In this document: positions 1 to 9,578 of the stretch, piece after piece
How the letters are laid out: each line of letters begins with the position of its first letter
Position numbering within the stretch: the stretch's first letter is position 1
NCBI GenBank assembly: GCA_016219325.1
Contig: JACRNH010000026.1
Coordinates: 3,098-67,097, forward strand
Length of the DNA: 64,000 nt
Reading direction: 5' to 3'
Origin: Candidatus Collierbacteria bacterium
Lineage (GTDB): Bacteria > Patescibacteriota > Microgenomatia > UBA1400 > JACPES01
Made by a program: the position numbers and the translations under genes
The notes under the pieces: generated by a model
The model's input: only the letters and a program-made list of their open reading frames with translations
Databases searched by the model: none
What the model was told of the DNA's origin: nothing

Positions 1-325
1 TTCTTAAAACCCATCCCACTCCGGTTACTCTGGGATCATTTTCCAATTTCCAGTCAGATTTTGTAAACTTATTTCTTAATTCTTTATACGTAGAAGCTTT
101 CCATAACAAATCGTCAGCATTTGCCACCATTGAGCGGAATTTTAAAATTTTAAATATTTTACCGTTCCGACCAACTCTTAATTGGGAAAAAAGTGCCGGT
201 CCGGAACTGCCTAATTTAATCAAAACCGGAATAATTAACCAAAGCGGTAAGAAAATAAAGGTCAATATTATTGCGACAGCAATATCCAATGCTCTTTTCC
301 CTATCCGGTAAACTGAAATTGTCAT
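1..325 (-). CDS. Initiating phosphoglycosyl transferase (bacterial sugar transferase, PglC/WbaP C-terminal-domain-like); N-terminal 108 aa only, gene continues past window start
   Basis: Reverse-strand translation from ATG at ~323-325: MTISVYRIGKRALDIAVAIILTFIFLPLWLIIPVLIKLGSSGPALFSQLRVGRNGKIFKILKFRSM...DPRVTGVGWVLR, the classic PF02397 N-terminus. Start overlaps the stop of the upstream manC-like gene. Not in the ORF track (partial). Confidence 0.7.
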   Translation of the reverse strand, partial: MTISVYRIGKRALDIAVAIILTFIFLPLWLIIPVLIKLGSSGPALFSQLRVGRNGKIFKILKFRSMVANADDLLWKASTYKELRNKFTKSDWKLENDPRVTGVGWVLR

Positions 326-1428
326 AAATATTCCGTCATCCCTTTTTCTTTTAGCCATTCGACAATGTGTTTAACCGATTGGGCTTTATTTTTAGGGACA
401 ATCAAGACTGCTTTCTTTGTTTCCACCATTATCATATCTTCCACTCCAACCGCTGCTAAAAGCTTTTTCCCTCCGCAGACAAAACAACCCTTAACATCAA
501 TTAGAATTGGTGGGATCCCCCTGGACTGATCGATCACATTTCCCGATTTGTCCTTAGTTGATAAATCGTAAACTACTTGCCAATCACCAATATCGCTCCA
601 CCCAAAATCACCAGGAACCAATAGTAAGTTGCCGGCTTTTTCGGATACTCCGTAATCAATTGATATCGCTTCCGTTTCCGCGTAAACATCTGCGGCTATC
701 ATATTTATATCTTTTCCGCCTAAAGCTGTTTTCAATTTTACTAATTGAGAATATGTTTTCGGCAAATGTTTTTTGAAAGACTCAAGAGCTGATTTTGCTG
801 TCCAGACATAGTTATTGGCGTTCCAAAAATATTTTCCTGTCGCCAAAAATTCTTTAGCCTTATCTTCTTTGGGTTTTTCGGTAAATCCAGTTACTCTATA
901 TACCGGCAAACCGTTGATATCGTTTATTTTGTCTCTTATTCTTATATACCCTAAACCGGTATGCGGAAAAGTCGGGCTGATGCCAACCGTCACCAAAAAA
1001 TCGCCGGTTAAAGCCGCGTTTGCCGCGGCCAGCATGGTCCGGCGGAATTCTTTTTCATCTTTAACCACGTGATCGGCGGCTAAATTAATAATCACCGCTT
1101 CCGGATCTATTTTCGATGCTATAATCGCGCCGACGCCCATTGCCATAGCAGTATCTTTTTTCTCCGGCTCGGCAAAAATATTTTGAGAGGGAACCGACGG
1201 TAAATCCGCTTCTACCATTGTCTTATACTTTGAGTTTGTAATTACCAAAACCCTTTCAGGAGGAATAATCGGAATAATCCGTGATAGAGTCTCCTGAAGC
1301 ATGGTTTTGTCGGAGATCAGCCGCAAAAATTGCTTGGGCTTGGCATTAGTCGACCGGGGCCACAATCTGGTTCCGCCGCCGCCGGCCAGAATTACCGCGA
1401 ATAAATGTTTGTTTGATGCTTGATCCAT
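322..1428 (-). CDS. manC: Mannose-1-phosphate guanylyltransferase (GDP-mannose pyrophosphorylase)
   Basis: N-terminal nucleotidyltransferase motif FAVILAGGGGTRLWPRS, 368 aa, typical ManC/CpsB length and architecture. Confidence 0.7.
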   Translation of the reverse strand: MDQASNKHLFAVILAGGGGTRLWPRSTNAKPKQFLRLISDKTMLQETLSRIIPIIPPERVLVITNSKYKTMVEADLPSVPSQNIFAEPEKKDTAMAMGVGAIIASKIDPEAVIINLAADHVVKDEKEFRRTMLAAANAALTGDFLVTVGISPTFPHTGLGYIRIRDKINDINGLPVYRVTGFTEKPKEDKAKEFLATGKYFWNANNYVWTAKSALESFKKHLPKTYSQLVKLKTALGGKDINMIAADVYAETEAISIDYGVSEKAGNLLLVPGDFGWSDIGDWQVVYDLSTKDKSGNVIDQSRGIPPILIDVKGCFVCGGKKLLAAVGVEDMIMVETKKAVLIVPKNKAQSVKHIVEWLKEKGMTEYL

Positions 1429-2495
1429 AACTCTTTTATTTTATCCTTAAATTCCTGTTTAAACATTTTATTAGGAAATCTTTCGCCACAAAGATTGTCG
1501 GGCAAAGCATGTTGAATAAATTTATTTATTGCTTCAACTAGCGAACCAACAGTTTGCCTGTCAAACAAAACTCCTGTTTTACCGTCTTTAATCATTTCGG
1601 CCGCGCCACTGTTTCGATAACTAATGACCGACGTACCACAACTTAAGGCCTCTACTGCCGTCAGTCCAAAGTCTTCCTCTTGAGGCATTATAACTGCTCT
1701 GGCATTCCGATAGTACTCAATTAGTTCCCGATCTGTCAAATATCCTGTGAATTTAATCGTCGATCCGGATAATTTTTTTAACTTTTTTTCTTCCGATCCG
1801 GTTCCTATCACGACCAAGGGTAATTTCAACTTATTGCAGGCCTTAATTGCCAAATCAATGTGCTTGTACGGCACCAATCTGGAAATAACCAGAAAATATT
1901 CTTTATCTGCTAAGGCCCGGCCTTGCCTTGCAAGGCCGGGCCTTTTTATGCCCAAAGACAACATCGGACGAAAAACTTCTGCCTCACGCCGATAAAACTT
2001 TAAACATCGTTTTCTTACAAGTTCGCTAATTGCCAAAATATAATCCGGCCTTTGGGCGGCTATATAATCCCAAATCCGCAATTTAGTCTGAACAATCCGC
2101 GCCGGCGGCCTGAATAATTTTGGAACTTCCCTCAAATAATCATTCGCATGACTCCATAAATATCTGGTCGGGGTTAGCAAATAACAAATATGCAATTGTC
2201 TCGGACTTGTAATTATTCCTTTAGCTGCTTCTGAAGTAATCGAAATAATTACGTCAAACTCTGAAAAATCAAACGACTCAAAGGCCAAAGGCATCAACCA
2301 GCCGAAAGATTCATGGTTGGTTTTCGCCCCCGGAATATTTTGCAGCCAAGAAGTTCTGATGTCCCAACTCTTAGCCCACGACGCTCCCTCCGGATCATAA
2401 ACACTGGTAAATACCGGCGCTTCCGGCCAAATTTCTTTGAGCGCCGTCAGCACCCTCTCCGCCCCGCCAAATTTATTTATTCTGTCGTACACCAA
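1392..2495 (-). CDS. GT4 family glycosyltransferase; carries one in-frame P1 palindrome
   Basis: N-terminal GGAERV motif, C-terminal EEDFGLTAVEALSCGTSVI (GT-B EX7E region). TTG start per ORF track. Confidence 0.7.
   Translation of the reverse strand: MVYDRINKFGGAERVLTALKEIWPEAPVFTSVYDPEGASWAKSWDIRTSWLQNIPGAKTNHESFGWLMPLAFESFDFSEFDVIISITSEAAKGIITSPRQLHICYLLTPTRYLWSHANDYLREVPKLFRPPARIVQTKLRIWDYIAAQRPDYILAISELVRKRCLKFYRREAEVFRPMLSLGIKRPGLARQGRALADKEYFLVISRLVPYKHIDLAIKACNKLKLPLVVIGTGSEEKKLKKLSGSTIKFTGYLTDRELIEYYRNARAVIMPQEEDFGLTAVEALSCGTSVISYRNSGAAEMIKDGKTGVLFDRQTVGSLVEAINKFIQHALPDNLCGERFPNKMFKQEFKDKIKELWIKHQTNIYSR
1911..1943. repeat. P1 palindrome AAGGCCCGGCCTTGC-CTT-GCAAGGCCGGGCCTT, in-frame in GT4 gene
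   Basis: Read directly; perfect 15-nt arms. Confidence 0.85.
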
Positions 2496-2506
2496 GGCGA
2501 TACGAA

Positions 2507-2534
2507 TGGTTAATGGTTAATGGTTAATGGTTAA
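2507..2534. repeat. Heptanucleotide tandem repeat (TGGTTAA)4 followed by degenerate TCA-rich repeats, intergenic, immediately upstream of GT4 gene 1392..2495 start
   Basis: Read directly. Confidence 0.8.
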
Positions 2535-2554
2535 TGATCATCGATCACCAATCA

Positions 2555-3655
2555 CTAATCATTAATTACCTTGTTATAAATTTTAAGCGTCTCTTCAGCG
2601 CACCTCTTCCAACCGAACATCTTCGCTCTTTGTTGACCAAGTTCTATCATTTTTTTTCTATATCCCTGATTATCCCTGATCTCCCCGATTTTCTCTATCA
2701 GCTCCGTCTCGTTTTTCGGATCAAAATACAATACGGCATTCCCATAAACCTCCGGCAAAGACCCAGCATTTGAACTGACTACAGGACATCCTGCCGCCAT
2801 AGCCTCCAAACCAGGCAACCCAAATCCTTCCGATTTTGACGGAAACACAAAGGCCAAAGCATTTCTGTAAAGCGCCGCCAATTCATTATCCGGAACAAAT
2901 CCGGCCAAAACAATCATATCTTTTAATCCCCTGTTTTCCACTTCTTTTCTAAACTTTTCCCAAAAAACATTTCGCGCGCATGCGACAACAAATTTAATTT
3001 CCGGGAATCGCGGCAAGATATCCAAAATAATATTTACATTTTTATGCGGATAAAGAGAACCTGTGTAAATTATATATGGCGAATCAACAAAGGCCCGGCC
3101 TTGCTGTGGCAAGGCCGGGCCTTTAAATACTTCCGATACCCCCTCATAAATCACGTTAATCTTCCCCTCCGCTTCCGGAAATCGCTCAACGATTTTCTTT
3201 TTCACCCAGTTAGACGGCACGATTATGGCTCTTGACTTTAAAACCGCGTGCCTTAAGACTAACCGGTAAAACAGATATTTCAGCCAATAAATCCAAACCG
3301 GCAAAGTAGTCGCAGTCGGCCCGACCTGCTCATGCCATAGAAGGTCATGAATAGTCACAACGAACGGTTTATTGTAAAAAAGAGGAACGTTGAAATGGGG
3401 AAAATGAACCAGATCTGGTTTTTCTAGGCGCAATATTCCGGGCATTTGAATTTGTTCTGCCAAAGTGTAATGTTTTATTTTAGGATTAATTGTGTTAACT
3501 TTGAGTTTTGAGTTTTGAGATTTGAGTTCGATATGTCGAGTTAGCATCTCGACATATCGTCCGATTCCGGCGTGTTCCAGCCCCGACAGCCTGGCATCAA
3601 TCACAATCTTTTTCATATCGCCTTTCTGATTTCCACTCCCAGTTTTACCAGCCAA
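2555..3655 (-). CDS. GT4 family glycosyltransferase; carries a P1 palindrome, a heptamer tract and a 12-bp-stem hairpin in-frame
   Basis: MKKIVIDARLSG...GIGRY N-terminus, EGFGLPGLEAMAAGCPVVSSNAGSLPEV C-terminus. Probable true start at MKKIV (~3616), overlapping the stop of the upstream GT2. Confidence 0.7.
   Translation of the reverse strand: MAGKTGSGNQKGDMKKIVIDARLSGLEHAGIGRYVEMLTRHIELKSQNSKLKVNTINPKIKHYTLAEQIQMPGILRLEKPDLVHFPHFNVPLFYNKPFVVTIHDLLWHEQVGPTATTLPVWIYWLKYLFYRLVLRHAVLKSRAIIVPSNWVKKKIVERFPEAEGKINVIYEGVSEVFKGPALPQQGRAFVDSPYIIYTGSLYPHKNVNIILDILPRFPEIKFVVACARNVFWEKFRKEVENRGLKDMIVLAGFVPDNELAALYRNALAFVFPSKSEGFGLPGLEAMAAGCPVVSSNAGSLPEVYGNAVLYFDPKNETELIEKIGEIRDNQGYRKKMIELGQQRAKMFGWKRCAEETLKIYNKVIND
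3089..3124. repeat. P1 palindrome AAAGGCCCGGCCTTGC-TGTG-GCAAGGCCGGGCCTTT, in-frame in GT4 gene
   Basis: Read directly. Confidence 0.85.
3501..3528. repeat. Heptanucleotide tandem repeat (TTGAGTT)4 in-frame near N-terminus of GT4 gene, followed by hairpin 3529-3559
   Basis: Read directly. Confidence 0.8.
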
Positions 3656-4509
3656 TTCAAAATCAACGGATATCTGCCAAAATAATGTTTCTTATAAAAT
3701 TGCCACATTGAATCCATAAACAATTTTTGGGTCTGTCTTCTCAAATCACCATCTCTACTCTGCTCCCGCCCGGATTGCTTTTTTAAATGCAAAGTTTTTA
3801 CTCCGGGATAAAAAAATATTTTAAATCCGGCTTCTTTTATCCTCAAACACCAATCAATATCTTCTCCGTACATAAAAAATCTCTCGTCCAGCAGACCTAT
3901 CTGATTAATGACTTCTGCGGGGACCATCATGAAAGCCGCGGAAATGCAATCGACCTCATGGGGAACTTTAAGGTTTTTCCAACCCTGATGATACCCTCCG
4001 AACAACCGGGTTTTGGGAAATAACTTTTCTAATCCCAGAAAATAACTCAAGGCATTCCAGGGCGTGGGAAATCCCCGGTGTGAAGCCGGATCGATCTTTC
4101 CATCCGAAGTTTGCAATAAACAGGTCGCCGCCCCGATAGATCGATCGTTCTCCATTACTTTCAAAACAGTTATCAAGACATCCGGCTCTACCAAAGTATC
4201 GGAATTCAGCAATAGGACATATCCTCCCTTTGCTTTTCGGATACCAACGTTATTACCCGCTGAGAATCCGAGATTTTTTTTATTCCTGATCAATTTAACC
4301 TCCGGGAATTCTTTCCTGACCATTTCCGCCGAACCGTCAGAAGAATTATTATCCACCACTATGACTTCCATATCCCTGCCTTCAAAACCGTTTGACTCCA
4401 AAACCGCGGATAAACATGTTTTAAGAAGTCCGGAAGTGTTGTAGTTTAAAATGATAACCGATAATTTAATTTTCATGTATCCGCCCCAATTTTTGATATA
4501 CCACGTCAA
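3613..4509 (-). CDS. GT2 family glycosyltransferase (WbbL/rhamnosyltransferase-like)
   Basis: LSVIILNYNTSGLLKTCL...VVDNNSSDGS...GFSAGNN motifs. Confidence 0.7.
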   Translation of the reverse strand: MTWYIKNWGGYMKIKLSVIILNYNTSGLLKTCLSAVLESNGFEGRDMEVIVVDNNSSDGSAEMVRKEFPEVKLIRNKKNLGFSAGNNVGIRKAKGGYVLLLNSDTLVEPDVLITVLKVMENDRSIGAATCLLQTSDGKIDPASHRGFPTPWNALSYFLGLEKLFPKTRLFGGYHQGWKNLKVPHEVDCISAAFMMVPAEVINQIGLLDERFFMYGEDIDWCLRIKEAGFKIFFYPGVKTLHLKKQSGREQSRDGDLRRQTQKLFMDSMWQFYKKHYFGRYPLILNWLVKLGVEIRKAI

Positions 4510-5665
4510 GGTCAGTAGAAATCTTTTCCCAATTAAAATTATTATCTACTAATCGCTTGCCGTTAATAGCCAGTTTTCTGGCTAATGCCGAATTATTCAA
4601 CAATTCAACCGTTGCCTGAACCAATTCTTCTTTTGAATCCCGGATTAAAGCGTTGACGCCATCTTTTGCCTTAATACCTTCAATTCCCAATGAAGTTGAG
4701 ACTACCGGCAATCCCGCCGCCATAGCTTCCAAAATCTTATATCTGGTTCCCCTGCCATTCCTGATAGGAGCCAACATGACATGGGCGCTTCCCAACGCTT
4801 CCCTGATATCGCCCACCTCTCCGATTACCTTAACCCCGGGAATCCTGTTGAGCTTCATGATCGCATCTGTCGCGTCCCGGCCGACTATTTTCAATTCGGC
4901 ATCGGGAATCTGAAGGTGAATATCCGGCCAAATTTCGTAGGCTATGTATTTGGCCGCATCCACATTTGGCAGCCATTTGTAGTTTCCCACAAACAAGACG
5001 GTCGGGGTTTTTGGCCTTTTTACCGGAGTATCTTTGAAATATTCTACGTCGATTCCGTTAGCAACAGTACTGACTTGCGCTTGCGGAACCATTCTTTTTA
5101 TCCAGTCCCTGTCTTCGGCAGACATCGTTACCAGATGATCTGCTTTTCTCCAAAATAATTTCTCCCAGAATTTAAGTTTAATCACATCTATATATAACAT
5201 CGGCCGTAAAAATGGCATCGCTGTCTGCTCTGTATAGGTTTGATAGCCCAAATACTCTATAGTTTGTTCCACTAAAAGCGTCGGGATTTCCGTCGCCGGA
5301 ATATTAGGCATGACATAAAAAGTTTCAGCGTGAATAATGTCATATTTCTCCTGATTCAATTCCTGCCTTAAAGCGTCCTTAGCTGCCTTGGATAGATAAA
5401 TACACACCAAAAAGGGATACGCCGTCAGTCCAGCCAACAATATATTCCTGATAGCCCACGGACTTTGCGTCCGCTTGAACAACATAATCTTACGGCAATA
5501 CGGCTTGAGTTTTCCGATATATTTTCTTTCATCGTCATCACGGATAAAAGAAAACAGAGAAATCTCATGTTTGTGGGCTAAATTTTTCAGCAAATTATAC
5601 GTCCGGATCTGCCCGCCGGAGTTCAACGGCCAAGGCAAATATGGAGTAAGCATCAAAATTCTCAT
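4466..5665 (-). CDS. GT4 family glycosyltransferase
   Basis: MRILMLTPYLPWPLNSGGQIR N-terminus; TRYKILEAMAAGLPVVSTSLGIEG C-terminus. Confidence 0.7.
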   Translation of the reverse strand: MRILMLTPYLPWPLNSGGQIRTYNLLKNLAHKHEISLFSFIRDDDERKYIGKLKPYCRKIMLFKRTQSPWAIRNILLAGLTAYPFLVCIYLSKAAKDALRQELNQEKYDIIHAETFYVMPNIPATEIPTLLVEQTIEYLGYQTYTEQTAMPFLRPMLYIDVIKLKFWEKLFWRKADHLVTMSAEDRDWIKRMVPQAQVSTVANGIDVEYFKDTPVKRPKTPTVLFVGNYKWLPNVDAAKYIAYEIWPDIHLQIPDAELKIVGRDATDAIMKLNRIPGVKVIGEVGDIREALGSAHVMLAPIRNGRGTRYKILEAMAAGLPVVSTSLGIEGIKAKDGVNALIRDSKEELVQATVELLNNSALARKLAINGKRLVDNNFNWEKISTDLDVVYQKLGRIHEN

Positions 5666-7137
5666 TTGCAGGCTTTGAGGTCAATAATCACATACTTATC
5701 TGTTTTTAATAAAGATTGACACTTATCCATTAATCCATTGGTTTCTTCGTCAAAATTAACCGAAATGTAATGAGTCGCCCCTTTGCTTATTTTGTCGTCT
5801 ATAGCTCCTCCCAGCGGCCAACCCAAACGATTGACCTGGAATAAAAATGCGGTATCCCCGCCATAAGGAGCGACAATTCTGGCATCCGCCGGCAGAATTT
5901 TATCCGCGGCCAATCCGGCTTCTATAATTTCCGGATGATTAATATTAAAATAATCTCTTATTTGAAACCAGCTAAACCCCAACATAAATACCGTTCCAAT
6001 CGCTAAAAAACCATAACTGGCTGATTTTGAAAAATATTCTTTTGGAATTGAAATCAAAAAATACATTCCTTTGGCCACAAAAACTGCCACTACAGGAGCC
6101 AATATCGATTGATAATAATCATGCCTGATATTGCCCGTAGCGATAATTATTAAATATGCCAAAGATCCAAAGCCCCACCAATCAAAAAACCAACCCTCTT
6201 TCTTAGAATGTTTGACTATCCAGCCTAAACCAAATAGAAACAAACCCCAATATCCTAAAATCAATCTTCCCAATCTATCCATAAACAACCATCTAAACCA
6301 AGCCGGCCTAAACCTAATCCCGTCTCCGTTAAATAACCAAGCGGAAGCCGGAATTCCTTCTGGAAATTGCTGAATCCAAAGCCTCCATAAAATAAACGGC
6401 AAAAAAGTTATTATCGCTGCCGTAAACAACCACCACCATTTCCTAAGATTAAATTGAAATTTGACAATTGACAGATAAAATAATGCCGGACCATAAATAA
6501 AAAGCCACACCGGCTTGAGCAAAACCGCCCCGATTGAAGCAGTCACTCCCACAAACCACATCAACAATCTGCCTTCAAAGATAAACCCGATCATTCCCCA
6601 ACTAGCAAGCAGTGAAAAGAACATTAATTTGGGTTCCGGCAAAACTGTCCGCGAATAATAAATATTGAAAGGTAAAAATGTCAGAACTGCCGCGGCCAAA
6701 ATCGCCGTTTGCCGTCCGTTAAACTTGTTGACTATCAAATATAAAAGCCAGATTGAACCCAATGAAAAAATGATTGAGGTCAATCTTTCAATTTTTACTA
6801 AACCTTCCAACCCACCTACTGCGTTTAACCCTCCCAACGATTGGATTATCGCAGCAACTAACCCGTTTATAAACGGTAATTCAACCATTCGCCACCCGAA
6901 AGGATTATCTTTTCCTGATGGGATAGAAGACAAATCCATATATTTCGGATGCAACAGATCTATTCCGTTTTTAACAAATTCCCTAGTCACCCCAGCTGTA
7001 TCCACTTGCCTCCACGAATGCCAATCTGCTAAAGGAAAATCAATCCGGTAAAGCCTGACAACAAATCCCAAAAGTATTATTGCTGACAATAATAAATAGT
7101 ATTTAATCTTTTTTCCCATATGCCAGAGACGCTCCAA
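5662..7137 (-). CDS. GT-C fold membrane glycosyltransferase (ArnT/PMT GT39/GT83-like)
   Basis: Polytopic membrane protein with DWHSWRQ / DE-containing first periplasmic loop typical of ArnT/PMT_2 family. Confidence 0.55.
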   Translation of the reverse strand: MERLWHMGKKIKYYLLLSAIILLGFVVRLYRIDFPLADWHSWRQVDTAGVTREFVKNGIDLLHPKYMDLSSIPSGKDNPFGWRMVELPFINGLVAAIIQSLGGLNAVGGLEGLVKIERLTSIIFSLGSIWLLYLIVNKFNGRQTAILAAAVLTFLPFNIYYSRTVLPEPKLMFFSLLASWGMIGFIFEGRLLMWFVGVTASIGAVLLKPVWLFIYGPALFYLSIVKFQFNLRKWWWLFTAAIITFLPFILWRLWIQQFPEGIPASAWLFNGDGIRFRPAWFRWLFMDRLGRLILGYWGLFLFGLGWIVKHSKKEGWFFDWWGFGSLAYLIIIATGNIRHDYYQSILAPVVAVFVAKGMYFLISIPKEYFSKSASYGFLAIGTVFMLGFSWFQIRDYFNINHPEIIEAGLAADKILPADARIVAPYGGDTAFLFQVNRLGWPLGGAIDDKISKGATHYISVNFDEETNGLMDKCQSLLKTDKYVIIDLKACK

Positions 7138-8713
7138 CTAACCCCCAAAACGCCAGCGCAACTTTACTGGCTTCAAATACATCAATGTAAAAAGCATTAA
7201 CCAGCAATCCTAAAATTCCGGCTATAACCGCGGCCAATGCGCCTTTGCCATCATAGAAATCTCTGTCTTTCAGGCTTTTCCATAATAAATATCCGGCATA
7301 AATAATTAACCCATAAAACGCAAGAAATCCCAATAGACCAGTCTCCCCCAACGCCCTAAGGTAATCGTTATCTGTTGATTCCGCTTCGGTAAAATCAGTC
7401 AGCTGAACTTTCAGCAAAGTTGAATACCCAGACCCCAACAACGGATTTTTCTTAAATCCGGCAATCGCTCTTGGCCAAAGAGCATCCAACCTGATCGCCG
7501 ACGACAATCCGTAAGTTAAAGCCGCGTCTGAATAAATTCTGGGTTTGGAAATTATCCTGACTACTCCGTTGGCGTCAGTTGAAGTAGATAGATCGGGAAC
7601 TTCATTGTAAACATCAGACGGAACCGAAGATTCCGTGGTCCCGTTTTCCCCCGTTCCGGATTGAAACCCTCCGCCTTCTGATCTAACCAATGTCGGCGGA
7701 ACATCGGTTTTATCAGCCACAAGCGCTAACTGATCGGTTAAATTAACATATCTTTGCGGGGTTTTCTGGTCCAGATGAAAAATATTGTTGGAGATATAGC
7801 CGTTAATCTTGGATAAATTAATTATTTGAGAAAATCTACCTGACAGGTCTCCGAATACCAAAAAGGTTACTGTCCCGAAAACCGTCATTATCAAAACCTT
7901 GGACAAGGTTTTTTTCCATCCCAGCGCATAGATATAAAAACAAAAAAGAGGAATTATACTTCCAACCAAAGCTAAATATGAAGTCCTGGAGGCGGTTAAA
8001 ATTAATAATGTATAGCCTAAAATAAACGAAGTCCAGCCCGATACTTTTCCCAACAACGATTTACTATAAAAAACCGCCCCCATTGTCAATGGCAATACCA
8101 ATACTAAGAATGCCGCCAAATCGTAATGGCCGGCGAAAGTGGAAGGGACTCTGGCATGCTCCGTCAAAACCAATCTCCAGCCCTTAGCGAATTCACGATT
8201 CATTGTTGAATAAACCGGCCATTGGGCGTACTTTTGGCCAAATCCGTAAACTGCCGCGGCTAAAACGACTAGCGCTAATACTTGAATTAAATTTTTAAAG
8301 TGACTCTTATTTTTAAATCCGTCATAGAACAAAAACAGCGGGAAAAAGTATTCGATTCTTCTGACCCAATGCAAGCCCCATTTCATAATATGAATGGTTT
8401 CCATCGGAATAGTTTTAACGATAAAAATCGCAGCCAAACCTGAAGCTGCCCCGATTGCCAGATATGCCGCCACTAGCCAAAATAAGGGGTTCTTAAACGG
8501 TTTTACTTTTCCTAAGATCCAAAGTACAAGGTAAATCAGGGCAAAGGCCAGGATAAAAAAGTCTTCCAGTCTGACTCTAACTATATATCCCGGTAAAATG
8601 TCAAATAAGGGAATCTTTGGGTAAAGCGGAATAAATATCGATAAAAATACCGCCAGCCAGAATAGCCAGGGCCGATTTAAAGGCTTCGAAATAATTTCTT
8701 TTATACTCGCCAT
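7103..8713 (-). CDS. O-antigen ligase/polymerase-like (Wzy_C domain) membrane protein with C-terminal extension
   Basis: Polytopic; TASRTSYLALVG resembles the conserved SRxxxLA of the Wzy_C/WaaL domain; long low-complexity periplasmic segment. The 5' end overlaps the next gene, so the true start is probably internal. Confidence 0.4.
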   Translation of the reverse strand: MASIKEIISKPLNRPWLFWLAVFLSIFIPLYPKIPLFDILPGYIVRVRLEDFFILAFALIYLVLWILGKVKPFKNPLFWLVAAYLAIGAASGLAAIFIVKTIPMETIHIMKWGLHWVRRIEYFFPLFLFYDGFKNKSHFKNLIQVLALVVLAAAVYGFGQKYAQWPVYSTMNREFAKGWRLVLTEHARVPSTFAGHYDLAAFLVLVLPLTMGAVFYSKSLLGKVSGWTSFILGYTLLILTASRTSYLALVGSIIPLFCFYIYALGWKKTLSKVLIMTVFGTVTFLVFGDLSGRFSQIINLSKINGYISNNIFHLDQKTPQRYVNLTDQLALVADKTDVPPTLVRSEGGGFQSGTGENGTTESSVPSDVYNEVPDLSTSTDANGVVRIISKPRIYSDAALTYGLSSAIRLDALWPRAIAGFKKNPLLGSGYSTLLKVQLTDFTEAESTDNDYLRALGETGLLGFLAFYGLIIYAGYLLWKSLKDRDFYDGKGALAAVIAGILGLLVNAFYIDVFEASKVALAFWGLVGASLAYGKKD

Positions 8714-9578
8714 TGCCTTTCAGTATACCAAATATCAACCACCGCGAGATCATTCCCAGTCCCAAAATAGCCTTAAGCAGAGGCATCTCCCAGCTTGGTT
8801 TATGAATTTTAAAAATGTGTTTTAATCCGTTAATCTCGCCCTGAATCCATTTTCCGCCTCCGGCTTTCCCCAAATGAACAATTGACGCCTTTGGGTTTAA
8901 CATTATATCCCAGCCCAATTTCCCGGCTCTCAAACACAATTCCACATCTTCTCCATACATAAATAGAGATTCATCAAAACCGTTTAACTTTTTCCACAGA
9001 ACATTTGAGACCCACATCGCCGTTCCGGCTACCCAGCCGGTTTTTTGCGGTCCACCGGAAAAAAAAGATTTCCGGCGCAATTGATAAGAAGGTAGAAATT
9101 GGCTAAAGACCGGTAAATCATCTAAGAACAGCGCCCAAAATGCCACCGTTGACAATTTTGGCAAATAACCACCTTGTTGTTGTATTGTTCCATCAGGATT
9201 AAGCAAATTACAACTGACAATCCCTACTTCTGGGTTATCTGATAAAAAGTTTTTCATTTCTTTAAAAGTCCCGGGGGTAACTTCCGTATCTGAATTTAAA
9301 AATAATAACCATTTGCCTGCGGCTTTCTTAGCGGCCAAATTATTTCCTTTAGCGAAGCCTAGATTAGTTTGGCTGTATAAATTCTGAATTCTGAATTCTG
9401 AATTCTGAATTCTGAAATGCTTTAGCATTTCAGCGCTCCCGTCCGTACTGGCGTTATCCAATACAATGATTTCGGCATTCAAAGAAGAGTTTTTCAAATC
9501 CTTGACAGCCGAACGTAAACAAGCCAACGTCAAGTCTTTAGTATTGTAAGAAAGGATAATAACGGATATATCTATCAT
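8601..9578 (-). CDS. GT2 family glycosyltransferase; contains in-frame (GAATTCA)5 tract
   Basis: ISVIILSYNTKDLTLACL...IVLDNASTDGS...GFAKGNN. Confidence 0.7.
   Translation of the reverse strand: MIDISVIILSYNTKDLTLACLRSAVKDLKNSSLNAEIIVLDNASTDGSAEMLKHFRIQNSEFRIQNLYSQTNLGFAKGNNLAAKKAAGKWLLFLNSDTEVTPGTFKEMKNFLSDNPEVGIVSCNLLNPDGTIQQQGGYLPKLSTVAFWALFLDDLPVFSQFLPSYQLRRKSFFSGGPQKTGWVAGTAMWVSNVLWKKLNGFDESLFMYGEDVELCLRAGKLGWDIMLNPKASIVHLGKAGGGKWIQGEINGLKHIFKIHKPSWEMPLLKAILGLGMISRWLIFGILKGNGEYKRNYFEAFKSALAILAGGIFIDIYSALPKDSLI
9380..9414. repeat. Heptanucleotide tandem repeat (AATTCTG)5 = (GAATTCA)n on gene sense strand, in-frame in GT2 gene (EFRIQNSEFRIQN)
   Basis: Read directly. Confidence 0.85.

Noticed and set aside
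558-1072. Plus-strand ORFs 558..776 and 815..1072 (and the many 60-130 aa ORFs antisense to long genes throughout the track, e.g. 20403..20795, 33269..33971, 42735..43160)
   Set aside because: Fully embedded antisense within well-supported longer genes, low-complexity translations. They are typical shadow ORFs of AT-rich DNA.
9380-9414. Possible CRISPR array suggested by short perfect direct repeats (also 2507-2534, 11736-11766, 37824-37856)
   Set aside because: Units are 7 nt with no spacers. They are microsatellite-type tandem repeats inside or next to genes, not repeat-spacer arrays. No cas genes in window.
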